A DNA stretch of 64,000 bases, taken from assembly GCA_038087875.1 (NCBI GenBank), contig CM075991.1, positions 10,108,001 through 10,172,000 on the forward strand, written 5' to 3'. Origin of the DNA: Malacoraja senta (Eukaryota). Shown here one piece after another: positions 46,094 through 59,263 of this stretch (position 1 is the stretch's first letter; the number at the start of each line of letters is the position of its first letter). The translations under genes were made by a program, and so were the position numbers. The notes below the pieces were generated by a model. The model did no database searches. It was not told the origin of the DNA and worked only from the letters and a program-made list of their open reading frames with translations.

Positions 46094-46234
46094 CTCTTCT
46101 TCTTCTTGCGTATGGCGTGCACAGCCTAAAGTTGCAAGACAACTTGTTCTGTTTGATCTTCTGTTTGTGCACGCCAGGTTGATTGCATTCGTCGAAACAG
46201 GGTGGACCACGTGAAGGTTGCAATCTCCCACCCC
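46094..46234 (-). mobile_element. Short non-autonomous retroposon: 5' HDV-like ribozyme + 3' hairpin + (AAG)n tail, inserted in a CR1 fragment
   Basis: Interrupts CR1 3'UTR; ends ...ccatacgcaagaagaagaag(a); degenerate flanking duplication ctgcattcccc / ctgccttctcc; internal 11-bp stem tggcgtgcaca/tgtgcacgcca. Confidence 0.7.
46181..46234 (-). ncRNA. HDV-like (CPEB3-type) self-cleaving ribozyme, minimal form lacking a P4 helix
   Basis: Minus strand reads GGGGTGG-GA-GATTGCA-ACC-TTCACGT-GGT-CCACCCT-GT-TTCGA-CGAA-TGCAATC. P1 7 bp with G1.U wobble, P2 7 bp, P3 3 bp, L3 TTCACGT, J4/2 CGAA with putative catalytic C at 46191. Confidence 0.8.
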
Positions 46235-46995
46235 CTGCCTTCTCCCCATATCCCCTGACTCCGCTATCTTTTAGAGCCCTATCTAGCTCTCTATTGAAAC
46301 TATCCAATAGAACCGGCCTCCGCCGCCCTCTGAGGCAGAGAATTCCACAGACTCACCACTCTCTGTGTGAAAAAGTGTTTCCTCGTCTCCGTTCTAAATG
46401 GCTTACCCCTTATTCTTAAACTGTGGCCCCTGGTTCTGGCCTCCCCCAACATCAGGAACATGTTTCCTGCCTCTAGCGTGTCCAAACCCTTAATAATCTT
46501 ATGTTTCAATAAGATCCCCTCTCATGCTTCATGTCAGGCTATCGCTGAAAAAGGCCACAAATTCCACTCTGACGTAAACCTCAGGGAAGTAGCTGGTGAA
46601 GGTAGAAGTGGTCTTTCGTGCCGTCTGTCTTCAATGCAACCCCATGCACTGGAGCGCGCCGAGACGCAAGACCACCAAGCGCTGGAGCCCGCCAAGGCTG
46701 CATTACTCATGCCACACCATCCGCCAGGGTCGCGCACGCACAGACATGCACGCAATGCAGGAGGGTCCGGTCAACTGCTGAATGCCAAGAATGAGGCAAG
46801 AGTCAAGAACTTCTCATTAGAAAAATGCTTACTCTGAAAGTTCTCCTTGGGGCCTGCCAGGGCTGACATTATGGAAAGAATGCGAGGTTGTGTTTTATAC
46901 ATTACTGAGCTAATGTGTGTGTGTGTGTGTGTAAAGGCAATCCCAAGAGGCCACTGGACAAACATGAAAGAAACATTGCCGTCATTGCACTAATT

Positions 46996-47193
46996 CAGGG
47001 CTTGGCAACCTTGTTCTGCATAGGGGCCAGGACCCATGTCTGTGAGCGGATAGCGGGCCACATCTATCGCCATAGTGTGAGACTTGGTGTTGCTTTTCGC
47101 ATTAGTTTTCACGTGTTTTTCCAATTAGTTTTCTGCAGTTCCCAGGTCAGCTCGCCTGCCCCGGGACTGGCTGCAATAGGTTGCCGACCCCTG
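46996..47193. mobile_element. hAT (Charlie-like) MITE
   Basis: TIR cagggcttggcaacct / aggttgccgacccctg; 8-bp TSD cactaatt / ccctaatt (7/8) with central TA. Confidence 0.7.
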
Positions 47194-47619
47194 CCCTAAT
47201 TAATTAATTAATGCGTCTTATTCCGACGCTACTCCCCAGTGACTGCCGTTTCCTTTTTCAGTAGACAGCTCTGCAATGTGCACTTTATGCCGGTCGCAAT
47301 TATGAAGACCAGATGTGAGCTCCAGCCCGCTCCGTTGAACATTAGTGAAGTCAACGCATCAGCACTGAGGGTGCATGCTCGACGCGGTGGACATTAACTC
47401 ACTTCCTGGTCGCAAACCAACCGGGCCAAGCCCATCCGTCCCACGACTTAACGAGGCTAACGTGAGTGCTGTTGACGCATTATAAGGGAATGCATTGGCT
47501 CGATGGAAATATCAAATGGAATAGAACTTGGAATGACTGAGTGCATATTGTGAATAAAGTATACTTCTGCGATAAAACAAATTGTACAAACACTTGGGGT
47601 GGCACGCTGGCCAGTTGTC

Positions 47620-47980
47620 CAGTTACAGGATAAGGGGAATAACAGGTAGTGCTAGATAAAGTCCAGTAAAGTCCAATTAAAGATAGTCCGAGGGTCTCCA
47701 ATGAGATAGATGGTAGGTCAGGACCGCTCTCTAGTTGTTGATAGGATGGTTCAGTTGCCTGAGAACAGCTGGGAAGAAACTATCCCTGAATCTGGAGGTG
47801 TCCGTTTTCACACTTCTGTACTTCTTGCCTGATTGGAGAGGGGAGAAGAGAGAGTGTCCAGGGTGAGACTGGTCCTCGGTTATGCTGGTTGCCTTGTTGA
47901 GGCAGAGTGAATGTAGATGGTGTCAATGGAAGGGAGGTTGGTTTGTGTGATGGTCTGGGCTCTGTTACCCATCCCTGCAA
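47620..47980 (-). mobile_element. Rex1/Babar-type LINE 3' fragment
   Basis: Minus strand degenerate AQTITQTNLPSID.IY..CL..A..I..D..HPGHSLFSPL.SGKKYRSVKT.TSRFRDSFFPAV. Confidence 0.7.
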
Positions 47981-49112
47981 CCTCCTTAGAGTTGTCCATC
48001 ACAAAGACATGGACACAGGCCCTTCAGCCCATTGCCAACCCCAAGGCCCCATTTACTCTTAATCCCATTATATTCTCCCCTCATTAACTCAACCACCTAA
48101 GGTCTCCAATTCCGAGCCCTTATACATCTACAACTTCAATTCCGTCACGACTTTCAGCTCTACCTTCAGCTGTTTGAGCGTTGAACTCTGGAATCCCCTC
48201 TCTGTCTTTCCATTGCCTACTTTAAAACCTACTTACTTTCCAAAGCCTTGAGTTCTTTGTCCTACTTATCTTATTATGTGCCTTGGTGTCAATTTTTTAT
48301 ACAACGCTCTTCTGAAGAAGCTGAGAAATTTTGTAAACAAAAGGTCAATGGTTCACAAGGTCTTAAAACCAAGATTTTATGAGGATCTTAACTGACTCCT
48401 CACGTTAATTCCACTTTCTTACCATATTCCTCGGATTGCCTGAGTAGTTAAGAATAGATCTCGGTCTGGATTACATTCAGTAACTGAGTAGTCACAGCCA
48501 TCTGGGAGGTGGGAATTCCAAAGATTCACAACCCTTGGTTATGAAACCTTCTAATCTCAATCCTAAAGGATCAATTCCTTGAGCTTCATCCTCAGATCCT
48601 AGTTTCTTGATTCCATGGAATGGATTACTGAACCTTGGTCAACCAAGCCCTCGGCAGGCGTAGAATCAAACACTCGCATTGAGCAGAAACAAGCCCCTCA
48701 GACCAAGTTAGTGGATATTTTTATGGCAGAGATAGACAAATTCTAGATTAGAATGGGTGTCAAGGGTTATGGGGAGAAGGCAGGAAAATTGGGATTAGGA
48801 GGCAGAGATCAGCCATGATTGAATGGCGGAATCGACTCGATGGGCCAAATGGCCTAATTCTACTCCTATATCTTGTGGGTCCACGCTGACCATCAAACCA
48901 ATCCACCCATTTGCACCAATCCACCATGAATCCCCATTCTCCCCACAGTCAATCACTTACCTAGACACCAGGGCCAACTTCCAGTGGTTAATTCACAGGG
49001 AGAACGTGCAAACTCCGCACAGACAGCACCCGAGGTCAGGATTGAACCAGGGTCCTTGGCATTGCGAGGCAGCAGTTCTACTTGCTGCACCACCGGTGCT
49101 GCTCAAATGTTA

Positions 49113-49209
49113 GGTAGACAAAAATGCTGGAGAAACTCAGAGGGTGCAGCAGCATCTTTGGAGCGAAGGAAATAGGCAACGTTTCAGGCCGAAACCCTTC
49201 TTCAGACTC
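49113..49209 (-). mobile_element. Solo PLE terminal repeat
   Basis: 11-bp TSD ctcaaatgtta at 49102-49112 and 49210-49220. Confidence 0.7.
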
Positions 49210-49327
49210 CTCAAATGTTACATTGGGCTTGGTTCTCATCCTCAAACCCTCAGAGACCGCTGCCTCCGTTCCACTCACTTTCCCCTCATCGCAGAATTCT
49301 CTCGTCTCATTATTCAACCCGTTAAAC

Positions 49328-49700
49328 TAGAAACATAGAAAATAGGTGCAGGAGTAGGCCACTTGGCCCTTCGAGCCAGCACCGCCATTCAATATGATCA
49401 TGGCTGATCATCCTAAATCAGTACCCCGTTCCTGCTTTCTCCCCATATCCCTTAATTCCTTTTGCACTAAGAGCTATATCTAACTCTCTCTTGAATAGAT
49501 CCAGTGAATTGGCCTCCACTGCCTTCTGTGGCAAAGAATTCCACAGATTCACAACTCCTTGGGTGAAAACGTTTTTCCTCATCTCAGACCTAAATGGTCT
49601 ACCCTTATTCTTAAACTGTGACCCCTGGTTCTGGACTCCCCAACATGGTGAACACTTTTCCTGCATCTAGCCTGTCCAATCCCTTTATAATTTTATATGT
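49328..49700 (-). mobile_element. CR1 3' fragment
   Basis: ORF 49418..49666 peptide; ATGTTTCT tail. Confidence 0.8.
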
Positions 49701-49904
49701 TTAAACTTATTTCCAGGTTATAATCCCAAATCTTATTTCCAGGTTATAATCCCAAAACTGCACAGGATGATCCAGCCGTAGCCTCACCAAAGGTATACAT
49801 ACTTACAGCAAAATGTTCTGCATCTGCGATCCCTACTCTTTGTGATGTGCTTCTGGCTTGTGGCGCATGTATTTTAATCTTGTTTGTTTGTGTGTGTGTG
49901 CGCA

Positions 49905-50220
49905 TTTAGTTTAGTTTGGAGATACAGCACTGAAACGGGCCCATCGGCCCACCGAGTCCGCACCAACCAACGATCCCCGCACATTAACACCATCCTAAAC
50001 ACACTAGGGACAATTTACACTTATACCAAGCCAATTAACCTACAAACCTGTACGTCTTTGGAGTGTGGGAGGAAAATGAAGATCTCGGAGAAAACCCACG
50101 CAGGTCACGGCGAGAACGTACAAACTCCGTATAGACAGCACCCGTAGTTGAAATCGAACCCGGGTCTCCGCTGCTGCAAGCGTTGTAAGGCAGCGACTGC
50201 TGCTGCTCCACCATGCCTGC
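49905..50220 (-). mobile_element. V-SINE
   Basis: Same consensus. Confidence 0.8.
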
Positions 50221-53200
50221 CAATGTTTTTTTTTTAAACCATTGATGGCACATAAAAAAATTTACTGTGGGGCTTGTAATAAAAAACCTATTAATCTCAG
50301 TTTTTAAATTTCCAGTTGACTCCCGTGGATTTTTTTGTTGTGGTATGTATTCCTAATTCTCCTAACCTTGTGAGGAAAAGATAATAGACAAGTACAGCAC
50401 AGGAACAGGCCCTTCAGCCCACAATGTCTGTGCTATCACCTAAACTCCGGCCCTGACCTCCCATCTACCTCATTGGAGACCTTTGTACTATCTTTAATGG
50501 GACTTTATCGGATTTCAATGTTATCTGTTGCACTAAATGCGGTATCCTTCATCTGTGCTTTGTGGACGGCTTAGATTGTATTTATGGATAGTCTTTCCGT
50601 TGTCTAAAAATGCTTTTCACTGTACTGCAGCACACATAACAATATTAAACCAAACCAAATATGATGCCAAGATATACTAATCTCATCTGCCTGCACATGA
50701 TCTATAATCCCTCCATATCCATGGGCCTATCTAAAAGCCTCTTCAATGCGACTGTTGTATCTGCCTCCACCACCATCCCAGGCACCCACCAACCTCGGTA
50801 TAAAAAGAACCTTTTTTTGCACATCTCCTTTAAGCTTTGCCCCTCTCATCTTAAAAATATGCCTCGTTCTTGATATTTCCAATAAAGTCTTATCTGATTT
50901 TGTGTCGAGCAGCCTAGCTCTCATTTTGCCTTTCAGCTCTTGCTCTGGTGATTCTCAACTATCAAAACAGCCAATCCCTCAATCGGTTGAACCACCCGAA
51001 TAGAGTACCCTTAAAGCGCACCGCAGATGCTGGATATCTGAAATAAATACAGAAGAGTGTTGGAAACACTCAGCCGGTCAGGCAGCATCTGTGGAAGGAG
51101 AAACGGTTAACGCTTCAAAGAAATGCAAACTGTTTTTCTTTCCGCAGACCCGCTGAGTGTTTTCAGCCTTTGTGGCGTTTTGATTAGAGTATCGTCATTT
51201 GGGGCAAAACAGTGGAGGCCCAACATCGCGCTATTAGCCCCCCCCCCCCCCCCCACATGCTGATGGCGACTCCCTGCTGCCCCCTCAGGGGCTGGTGGGA
51301 CAAGGCAGGGCAGCTGCTGCACTCCAGGCATGGCGAAGCAACTTGGCGTCTCACCAGTGGAATGTTATTGAGGCCGAGCTGATGGAGTTCAATGCAACGA
51401 GTTTATCAGCACTTGCGATCGCATCATACCCTGCGTCAGACAAACTGGATCACGCCCCGCAGCTGCACTGCTCCACTGGCAGGAAATAAATGATGTCAAT
51501 TAAAAAGACTCAAGAATGTTTTTCTGGCAACTGTTGCCTGGAGAACTTCACACGGCTGGGAGTCTTTTAACCGCAGCTAATGTGCAAAGCAATCTCAAAG
51601 TTAATGGGAGCGCCTCTACAAGCCCTCCTGTTCCCCGTGCATGTCAAATATGCAATGGACGAACAAAAAAGGGGACATTAACAAGATTTACCCTCGGGGG
51701 CCACAGTTGCTTCCTCGTTTCACAGTGAGGGTACTGAGCGGTTACAGCTCTGCGACACAGCCTTGTTCATCTACTAAAGCTTCACAGGAGGGTGTCAACA
51801 GAAGCCTGGCCCAGGTCCACAGGGAAAGATTATTGGAAGGACTGAAGATTTGATCAGATGTTTTCCAAGGAGCTTAGGGTCAGAGAGCCAGAGTCATACA
51901 GCATGGAAATGCAACTTGTCTATGCCGACCAATATGCCCCTTCTAAGCTAGTCCATTTACCTGCCTTTGGCCCATATCCCTCTAAACCTTTCCTATCCAT
52001 GTACCTGTCCAAGTGTCTTTTAAACACTGATTATCGTGCCGGAATCAACTACCTCCTTTGGTAGCTCGTTCCATACACCCACCACCCTCCGAGTGAAAAA
52101 GTCACCCCTCAGGCTTCTCTTACATTTTGGCCCTCTCACCTTGTCCTCTTATTTCGGATTCCCATACCCTGGGTAAAAGACTGTGCGTTCCTCTATGATT
52201 AGGGCAGCACAGTGGCGGAGCAGTAAAGTCAGAGACCCATGTTCAATCCTGCCTCTACAGAGTTGGTACATTCTCCCCGTGACCACGGGGGCTTTCTCCA
52301 CATGCTCCGTGTTTCCTCCCAGACTCCAAAGGCCAGTTCATTGGCTAAATTTAAGAGGGAGTTAGATGTGGCCCTTGTGGCTAAGGGGATCAGGGGGTAT
52401 GGAGAGAAGGCAGGTACGGGATACTGAGTTGGATGATCAGCCATGATCATATTGAATGGCGGTGCAGGCTCGAAGGGCCGAATGGCCTACTCCTGCACCT
52501 ATTTTCTATGTATCTAATAGAGGTTTGATGTAAGAAATAGAGGTTTGTAGGTTAGATGGCTTGCAAACCTGTTAACCACTGCCTCTCTTTCACAAGTCAC
52601 TCCATGCTCAATTTCCCCTGCCTCTCCCTGTAACCCCTCACCGGGTAACACGGCATACAATGTATCCAAGAATCAGCACAGCTTTGCGAGCCGAGGGAAA
52701 ACAGGCAAACTCCACAATGACAGCACCCGAGATCACACTCACCGAGGCTGTGGGACAGCAGCTCTACCTTCATGTGCCTTTATTGTGCCAATGTGCTTTA
52801 CTGCCTATGACGTCCTTTGTCAGATTCAAGTTCAGATTAGTTTACTGTCATATGGACCAGGGTACAATGAAATGCCTTGTCCACTTGAAGCCTACAGAGT
52901 AAACAGTATACACGCCACAATGATAAATACAATACAATGACAAACAGCAGGATAGTGCAACATTGTAGTGCAAAGTCCACGTGGTGACAACCAATATTAA
53001 AGTGCACCAAAGGGATAAGCAAATGAGGTAGAGTTAACCATAAGAGTTCATGGCAGCACCTCCGGGAATGGCGTGTGAAAGAGATGATTGTATCAGGTAG
53101 CCGTGGGGAAGAAGCTGTTCTTAAGTGGGTAATGTTACATTAACACATAACGCGACTGGCTTTTACGCTGCTAAACTTCACATTACTGCACGGATATTTT

Positions 53201-53631
53201 GTATTGATGCGATCAGGAACAGGGAGAATACAAATGTCAGGGAAGACTGTGCAGGCAGTTCTTTTTTTGAAACAAATTTAAAGACCTCTAGAAAATTATT
53301 CAGCTGGATGGGGAGAGAGAGAGACTGATCGAGAAATGGAACAAATGCGTGTGTGTGTGGCTTCAACTCAAGAGCCAGTAAAGTACACTGCCAGTGAACT
53401 AACATGTTTTTTTTCACAATAGTCCATGGAAAAATATGCTCTCTAGCTTCTCACTGCCAAGTTAAGGAGAACGGAACCCAAAGAATGGTTCTTGAATGGT
53501 CACTGGTCAAGAGGGCCAAGTGATTTATTGTCATGTGTCCCAGATAGAACAATGAAACTCTAACTTGCTGCAGCACAACAGAATATGTAAACATAGTACA
53601 CTGTAAACAATATTATAAACGAGAAAAGATT

Positions 53632-53806
53632 CTGTGTGTGTATATATTATGTGCGTGCATGATTATGTGTGCGTGTACGTGTGCCTGTGTGTGCGTATGC
53701 ATATGTGAGAGAGTATGCATGTACGTATTTGAATGTGTGCGGGTATGAGCGTATACGTGTGCGTATGTGTGAGTATGCGCGTATATATATATATATATAT
53801 ATATAT
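53632..53806. repeat. Degenerate alternating purine-pyrimidine tract ((GT)/(GC)/(AT))n ending in (AT)n
   Basis: Direct reading of the sequence. Confidence 0.85.
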
Positions 53807-53825
53807 GGGGGGTTTTACCCCACCA

Positions 53826-54395
53826 TCCACCATTTGCTTTCTTCACTGCCTGCTGCATCTGAAAGTATGGTCCCCTAATTTGAGGAAGGACATTCTTGCT
53901 ATTGAGGGAGTGCAGCGTAGGTTTACAAGGTTAATTCCCGGGATGGCGGGACTGTCACATGCTGAAAGAATGGAGCAGCTGGGCTTGTACACTCTGGAGT
54001 TTAAAAGGATGGGAGGGGATCTCATTGAAACATATAAGATTGTTAAGGGCTTGGACACGCTAGAGGCAGGAAACATGTTCCCGATGTTGGGGGAATCCAG
54101 AACCAGGGGTCACAGTTTAAGAATAAGGAGTAAGCCATTTAGAACGGAGACGAGGAAACATTTTTTCTCACAGAGAGTGGTGAGTCTGTGGAATTCTCTG
54201 CCTCAGAGGGTGGTGGAGGCTGGTTCTCTGGATGCTTTCAAGAGAGAGCTCTTAAAAATAGCAGAGTCAGGGGATATGGGGAGAAGGCAGGAACGGGGTA
54301 CTGATTGGGGATGATCAGCCATGATCACATTGAATGGCGGTGCTGGCTCGAAGGGCCGAATGGCCTACTCCCGCACCTATTGTCTATTGTCTATT
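53826..54395 (+). mobile_element. CR1 3' fragment with a short inverted 5' segment
   Basis: WSPNLRKDILAIEGVQRRFTRLIPGM... on plus; 53826-53860 reads QMQQAVKKANG on minus. Confidence 0.8.
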
Positions 54396-57300
54396 CCTAT
54401 CTCTCCAAAAAACCTTAATCTTTGCAAAGTCAGGAATTGCGACAAGGAAAATGATATCAAGGTCGGCCAAGTCCTTTACCATTCCGAGTGTGTCATGTAT
54501 TTGGAGAGCAAGTCCTGTTCGAAGAATACAACGTTCCAATTCATTCACAGTCCTCAATGGTTTCAGCAGTGTGTTGCGCACACGATAATGTCATACATGT
54601 GTTAAACTGTGTGAACATAGGCCCAATTTGCCCCACACACATATATCACATGTCCAGATATAAACCGGCAGGGGAGCGCACTGCAAAGCTCTCCATCGTT
54701 CAACATTTTGGGAAAATAAAAACTATGATCTGGAACACAATGCTTCAATGGTGCTTTTATAGTCCCATGTGCGAGGAACCAAACGCACAGTGGAAGTCTT
54801 TTCTTACAAACAGTCCAGTCGTGTGTTGCCACACCCAAGCACGTCCCCGATTAGCAAAGTGTACAGAAGTAGCCGACTGAGTCCGCATGCAAGAGGCGCC
54901 ACGTTTTGGCGCCATTTCCAAAGTCCAGTCGGCACTCTAGTTGTGAAAGAGATGATTGATTCAGGATTCAGACTTCAGTGGGGAAGCTGCTGTTCTAAAG
55001 TGGGTAACGATACATTAGCACTCAACGTTATTGGCTTGGACATTGCTGAAAGTTCCCATTATCAATGTTACTGGAACTGGGAGTTTCAGTGCAAGGCAGT
55101 GCAGGCATAGGTGTTTTGAAGCCAATTTAAAGACCGTAAGACGTCTAGAACACGAACCAATGGGTTGTGTTTGTATAATATCAATCAGTTAACAGGATTA
55201 TTTTTGGTCTAGTTCTCATTTGCTAATGTCTGTCAAATATTTATGCAAATGATTCACTCTGTGATTGAAGGCAAAGATGTACAAGGTAATTTGAACTGAA
55301 TTAACGTCGGGATTCACGCTCGAAGTCTGTGACAACTGGTTCATTTTACACGGCACAAATGCATTAAAGATGACATCAACTCTGCTTTTTGCTGCATTAC
55401 AGTGAATTACACCGCATAATCTAGACTAAACAAAACACAAACTGGAGGAACTCAGTGGGTCAAGCAGCATCTGTGGAGGCAAAGGAATGGTCAAAGTTTT
55501 GGGTGAAGACCCTGCGTTAGGATTTGCACTTTGCTCTAGACTCCAGCATCTGCTGTCCATTGCATCTCTGCAATTGATGCAAAACTTCCCCTTCAGTGGG
55601 TATCGACTCCACTGAACAAAAGCTGGTGAGGGAATCACACAATCTGTTGAAAGGGGCACGCATTTCAATCGAATTGTGTCAAATTATGAGCCCACATCAA
55701 ATGGAGATGAATATCACCAATACTTATGTTAGTCCAACCACATTGACATGACCAAGATGACACACCAACACCTCTACTCTCTCAGTATGCTATATACAAA
55801 CTTGACATGTCTCCAATGACTCTTTATCCATTTTAACATCTTAGCTGGATGTATTGTCGCTTGGTAGTACAACTGCTGTGTGCAATGCTGCAAGAAATTG
55901 CAGAGAATTGTAGACACAGCCCAGTCCATCCTCCTGTTGATCCACTCCACCTACACGTCAACTGCCTTGGGAAAGCAGCCAATATAATCAAGGACCACTC
56001 ACACCCCACATTCTCTCTTCTCCACTCTATGGATTACAGAATCTGCAGTCTCTTGTGCCTCCATAGAATGAAGTGAATAGTTGGACAGGTACATGGATAG
56101 GACAGGTTGGGAGGGATATGGGCCCAAACGCAGGCAGGTGGGACCAATGTAGCTGGGACATGTTGGTCAGTGTGGGCAAGTTGGGCCGAAGGGCCTGTTT
56201 CCACGGCGTACAACTCTACGACTCTAGGTGCAGATTGAAGAACACTGTTATTGGGCGGCAGGTGATGATAATCTGAAACGCACCACCTCAAAGAAGAGTG
56301 GCATTATTGTGAGGGAAGTGAGTCAACTCTTGCAGGGCACGAATTGCAAGGCTTAACGGAAAGAGCAGAAGAGTGGGACTAATTGGAAAGGTCTATCAAA
56401 GAACCAGCACTAGCCTGGCAGCCGCCTGTGTTATATCATTCGATGAATCATTTTGACCTAGCGAAACACATAAATGTCGTTTAAACAACATGCACTGCAA
56501 AGAGAGTGCGTTTAGCTCCCCAGTGGGTGGGAGAAATAGTTCTGCTGACACCAGCTTTGCGATACAGCTCTATTTATTTTGCTTCGCCGAATTTGTCTGA
56601 ACCCTTTAGAGCACAAGAGCAGTGTTGGACCAGCTTCAATTGAGTTTGATTTAATTGAACTGGCAGATGTTGTGTTTATACAGTTTCGCACAAAGCTCGG
56701 GATAGAATGCCGAGCTGAGAAATATTCTTGGGCTGGTTCAGTACACTCCAGAACGAGTTACATAAAGAGCAGTCAGAGAGAACCAGTTTCCACATGATGC
56801 CTAGTTTAGGAATGAAAGGGGGACAATAGACAATAGGTGCAGGAGTAGGCCATTCGGCCCTTCGAGCCAGCACCGCCAGGGGAGGGCGCTAGTCCTCAAA
56901 CACAGCTAAACAGAAATAGTGGAAAGGGAAAGATCATGATCATAATCATACTTTATTAGTCAAGTATGTTTTGCAACATATGAGGAATTTCATTTGCCAT
57001 ACCATTAAAAAGCAACAAAACACACAAAATACATTTTAACATGAACATCCACCACAGTGACTCCTCCACATTCCTCCCAGTGATGCAAAGCGAAAAATAG
57101 TTCAGTCTCTTCCCTTCTTTGTTTTCCCGCGGTTGGGGCCTCGAGCCTTCCGTTGACGGGACGATCTTAACTCCCAGAGCGGGCCCTCCAAATCCGGGAC
57201 GATCAAGCTCCTGCATCCGGGGAATGTAACTCGTGCTGGTCGAAACCTTCTGCGTTGTTCTTCAGATTGAGGAAGGGTCACAACCTGACATATCTATTCC

Positions 57301-57524
57301 CAAGACATAAGATGGTAGACTTATCGAGTTCCGCTGGTAGACAAGAAACGATGGAGGAACTCAATGGGTCAGGCAGCATCCATGGAGAACATGGATAGGT
57401 TTGGGTCTGGACCCTTTTTCAGACTGATCAGTCTGAAGAAGGGTCCCGACCCGAAACATCACCTGTCCGTGTTCTCCAGGGATGCTGCCTGACCCTCTGA
57501 GTTACCGCAGCATTTCGTGATTTT

Positions 57525-58095
57525 GAGACCACATCTGGAGTATTGTGTACAGTTTTAGTCTCCTAATTTGAGGAAGGACATCCTTGTGATTCAGGCAGTG
57601 CAGTGTAGGTTCACAAGATTGATCCCTGGGATGGCGGGACTGTCATATGAGGAAAGATTGAAAAGACTAGGCTTGTATTCACTGGAGTTTAGAAGATGAG
57701 GGGGATGTTATAGAAACATATAAAATTATAAAAGGACTGGACAAGCTAGATGCAGGAAAAATGTTCCCAATGTTGGGCGAGTCCAGAACCAGGGGCCACA
57801 GTCTTAGAATAAAGGGGAGGTCATTTAAGACTGAGGTGAGAAAAAACTTTTTCATCCAGGGAGTTGTGAATTTATGGAATTCCCTGCCACAGAGGGCAGT
57901 GGAGGCCAAGTCACTGGATGGATTTAAGAGAGAGTTAGATAGAGCTCTAGGGGCTAGTGGAGTCAAGGGATATGTGGTGAAGGCAGGCACGGGTTATTGA
58001 TAGGGGACGATCAGCCATGATCACAATGAATGGCGGTGCTGGCTCAAAGGGCCGAATGGCCTCCTCCTGCACCTATTTTCTATGTTTCTATGTGA
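57525..58095 (+). mobile_element. CR1 3' fragment
   Basis: RPHLEYCVQF...RTRGHSLRIKGRSFKTEVRKNFF; tail ctatgtttctatg. Confidence 0.9.
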
Positions 58096-58377
58096 CTTTC
58101 CTTTAAAGATCCAAATACAGTTTGTTTCTGGCTGATGGCACAGGCGAAACATAAAGGAACAAGCAAACCAAGACGGAACAGAAAGCAATGCCGTTATTGT
58201 TGTGGGAAGGTATCGTGTGATAGCTGACAGCAGTCAGACACATGACGTCAGTAGGTGTCGTTATTTACAACAAACCCTCAGGCCCACATTAAAACTAATG
58301 GAAACAAAGTGATAATCTGCAGTGAATCACCAGGGAGGCTGGTCTATATATGAAAAACATAACCGTGAAGGTAATGT

Positions 58378-58815
58378 TTAAGGAAGAACTGCAGATGCTG
58401 GAAAAATCGAAGGTAGACAAAAATGCTGGAGAAACTCAGTGGGTGAGGCAGCATCTATGGAGCGAAGGAATAGGTAACGTTTCGGTTCGAGACCCGAAAC
58501 GTCGCCTATTCCTTCGCTCCATAGATGCTGCCTCACCTGCTGAGTTTCTCCAGCATTTTTGTCTACCTTGAAGGTACTAGTCGGTTTCACTTGAAATAAT
58601 TCCCTACCCAGTGCCAACTCTCCTGTGGTAGACACAAAATGCTGGAGTAATTCAGCGGGTGAGGCAGCATCAAAGGAGAGAAGGAATGGGCGACATTTCG
58701 GGTCTCGACCCAAAACGTCACGCATTCCTTCTCTCCTTAGATGCCGCCTCACCCACTGATATACTCCAGCATTTTGTGTCTACCTTCCATTTTATCCAGC
58801 ATCTGCTGTTCTTTC
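58378..58815. mobile_element. Two adjacent fold-back PLE terminal-repeat elements
   Basis: Two palindromic units (about 58380-58570 and 58626-58815) of the same repeat family. Confidence 0.65.
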
Positions 58816-59263
58816 TCACAGGCCAATTCTCCTGTTCGGCCTCTGTGATTCGCCCCCTTAAACCGACTGGAGAATCTGCAAAAAAAAAAATACAGCTCCA
58901 CCCCTTCATTGGTACCACGGGAGTGACCTCGACAAACAGCATCTGGCCAAAAATAGCATCTCCCGGCTGAGTTGAGAAGTTCAAAGAGCTTCTTTATTTG
59001 AGACCGTGCTGCTTGCAACACCACTGGCCACCAGGTCTGTCCATCCCACAGCACCAAGACACTAATGTTGCAGAAGTGTACAAAATCTTGAGGGGAATGG
59101 ATTGGGTAGACGCACAGAGTCTCTTGCCCAGAGTAGGGGAATTGAGAACCAGAGGACACAGGTTGAAAGGTGAGGGGGGGGGGCAGATTTAATAGGAACC
59201 AAGACACAAAATGCTGGAGTAACTCAGCGAGTCAGGCAGCATCTCCGGAGAGAAGGAATGGGT

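Larger units (their letters stand above)
45992..46525 (-). mobile_element. CR1 3' fragment (host of the ribozyme element)
   Basis: ORF 46300..46509 peptide; (ATTGTCT)n-type tail; interrupted at 46094-46234. Confidence 0.85.

Noticed and set aside
54479..54545. Possible alternative first exon (MNWNVVFFEQDLLSKYMTHSE.|gtaaag, minus)
   Set aside because: Donor would be phase 2, while exon 3 needs phase 1; the phase-1 frame has a stop.
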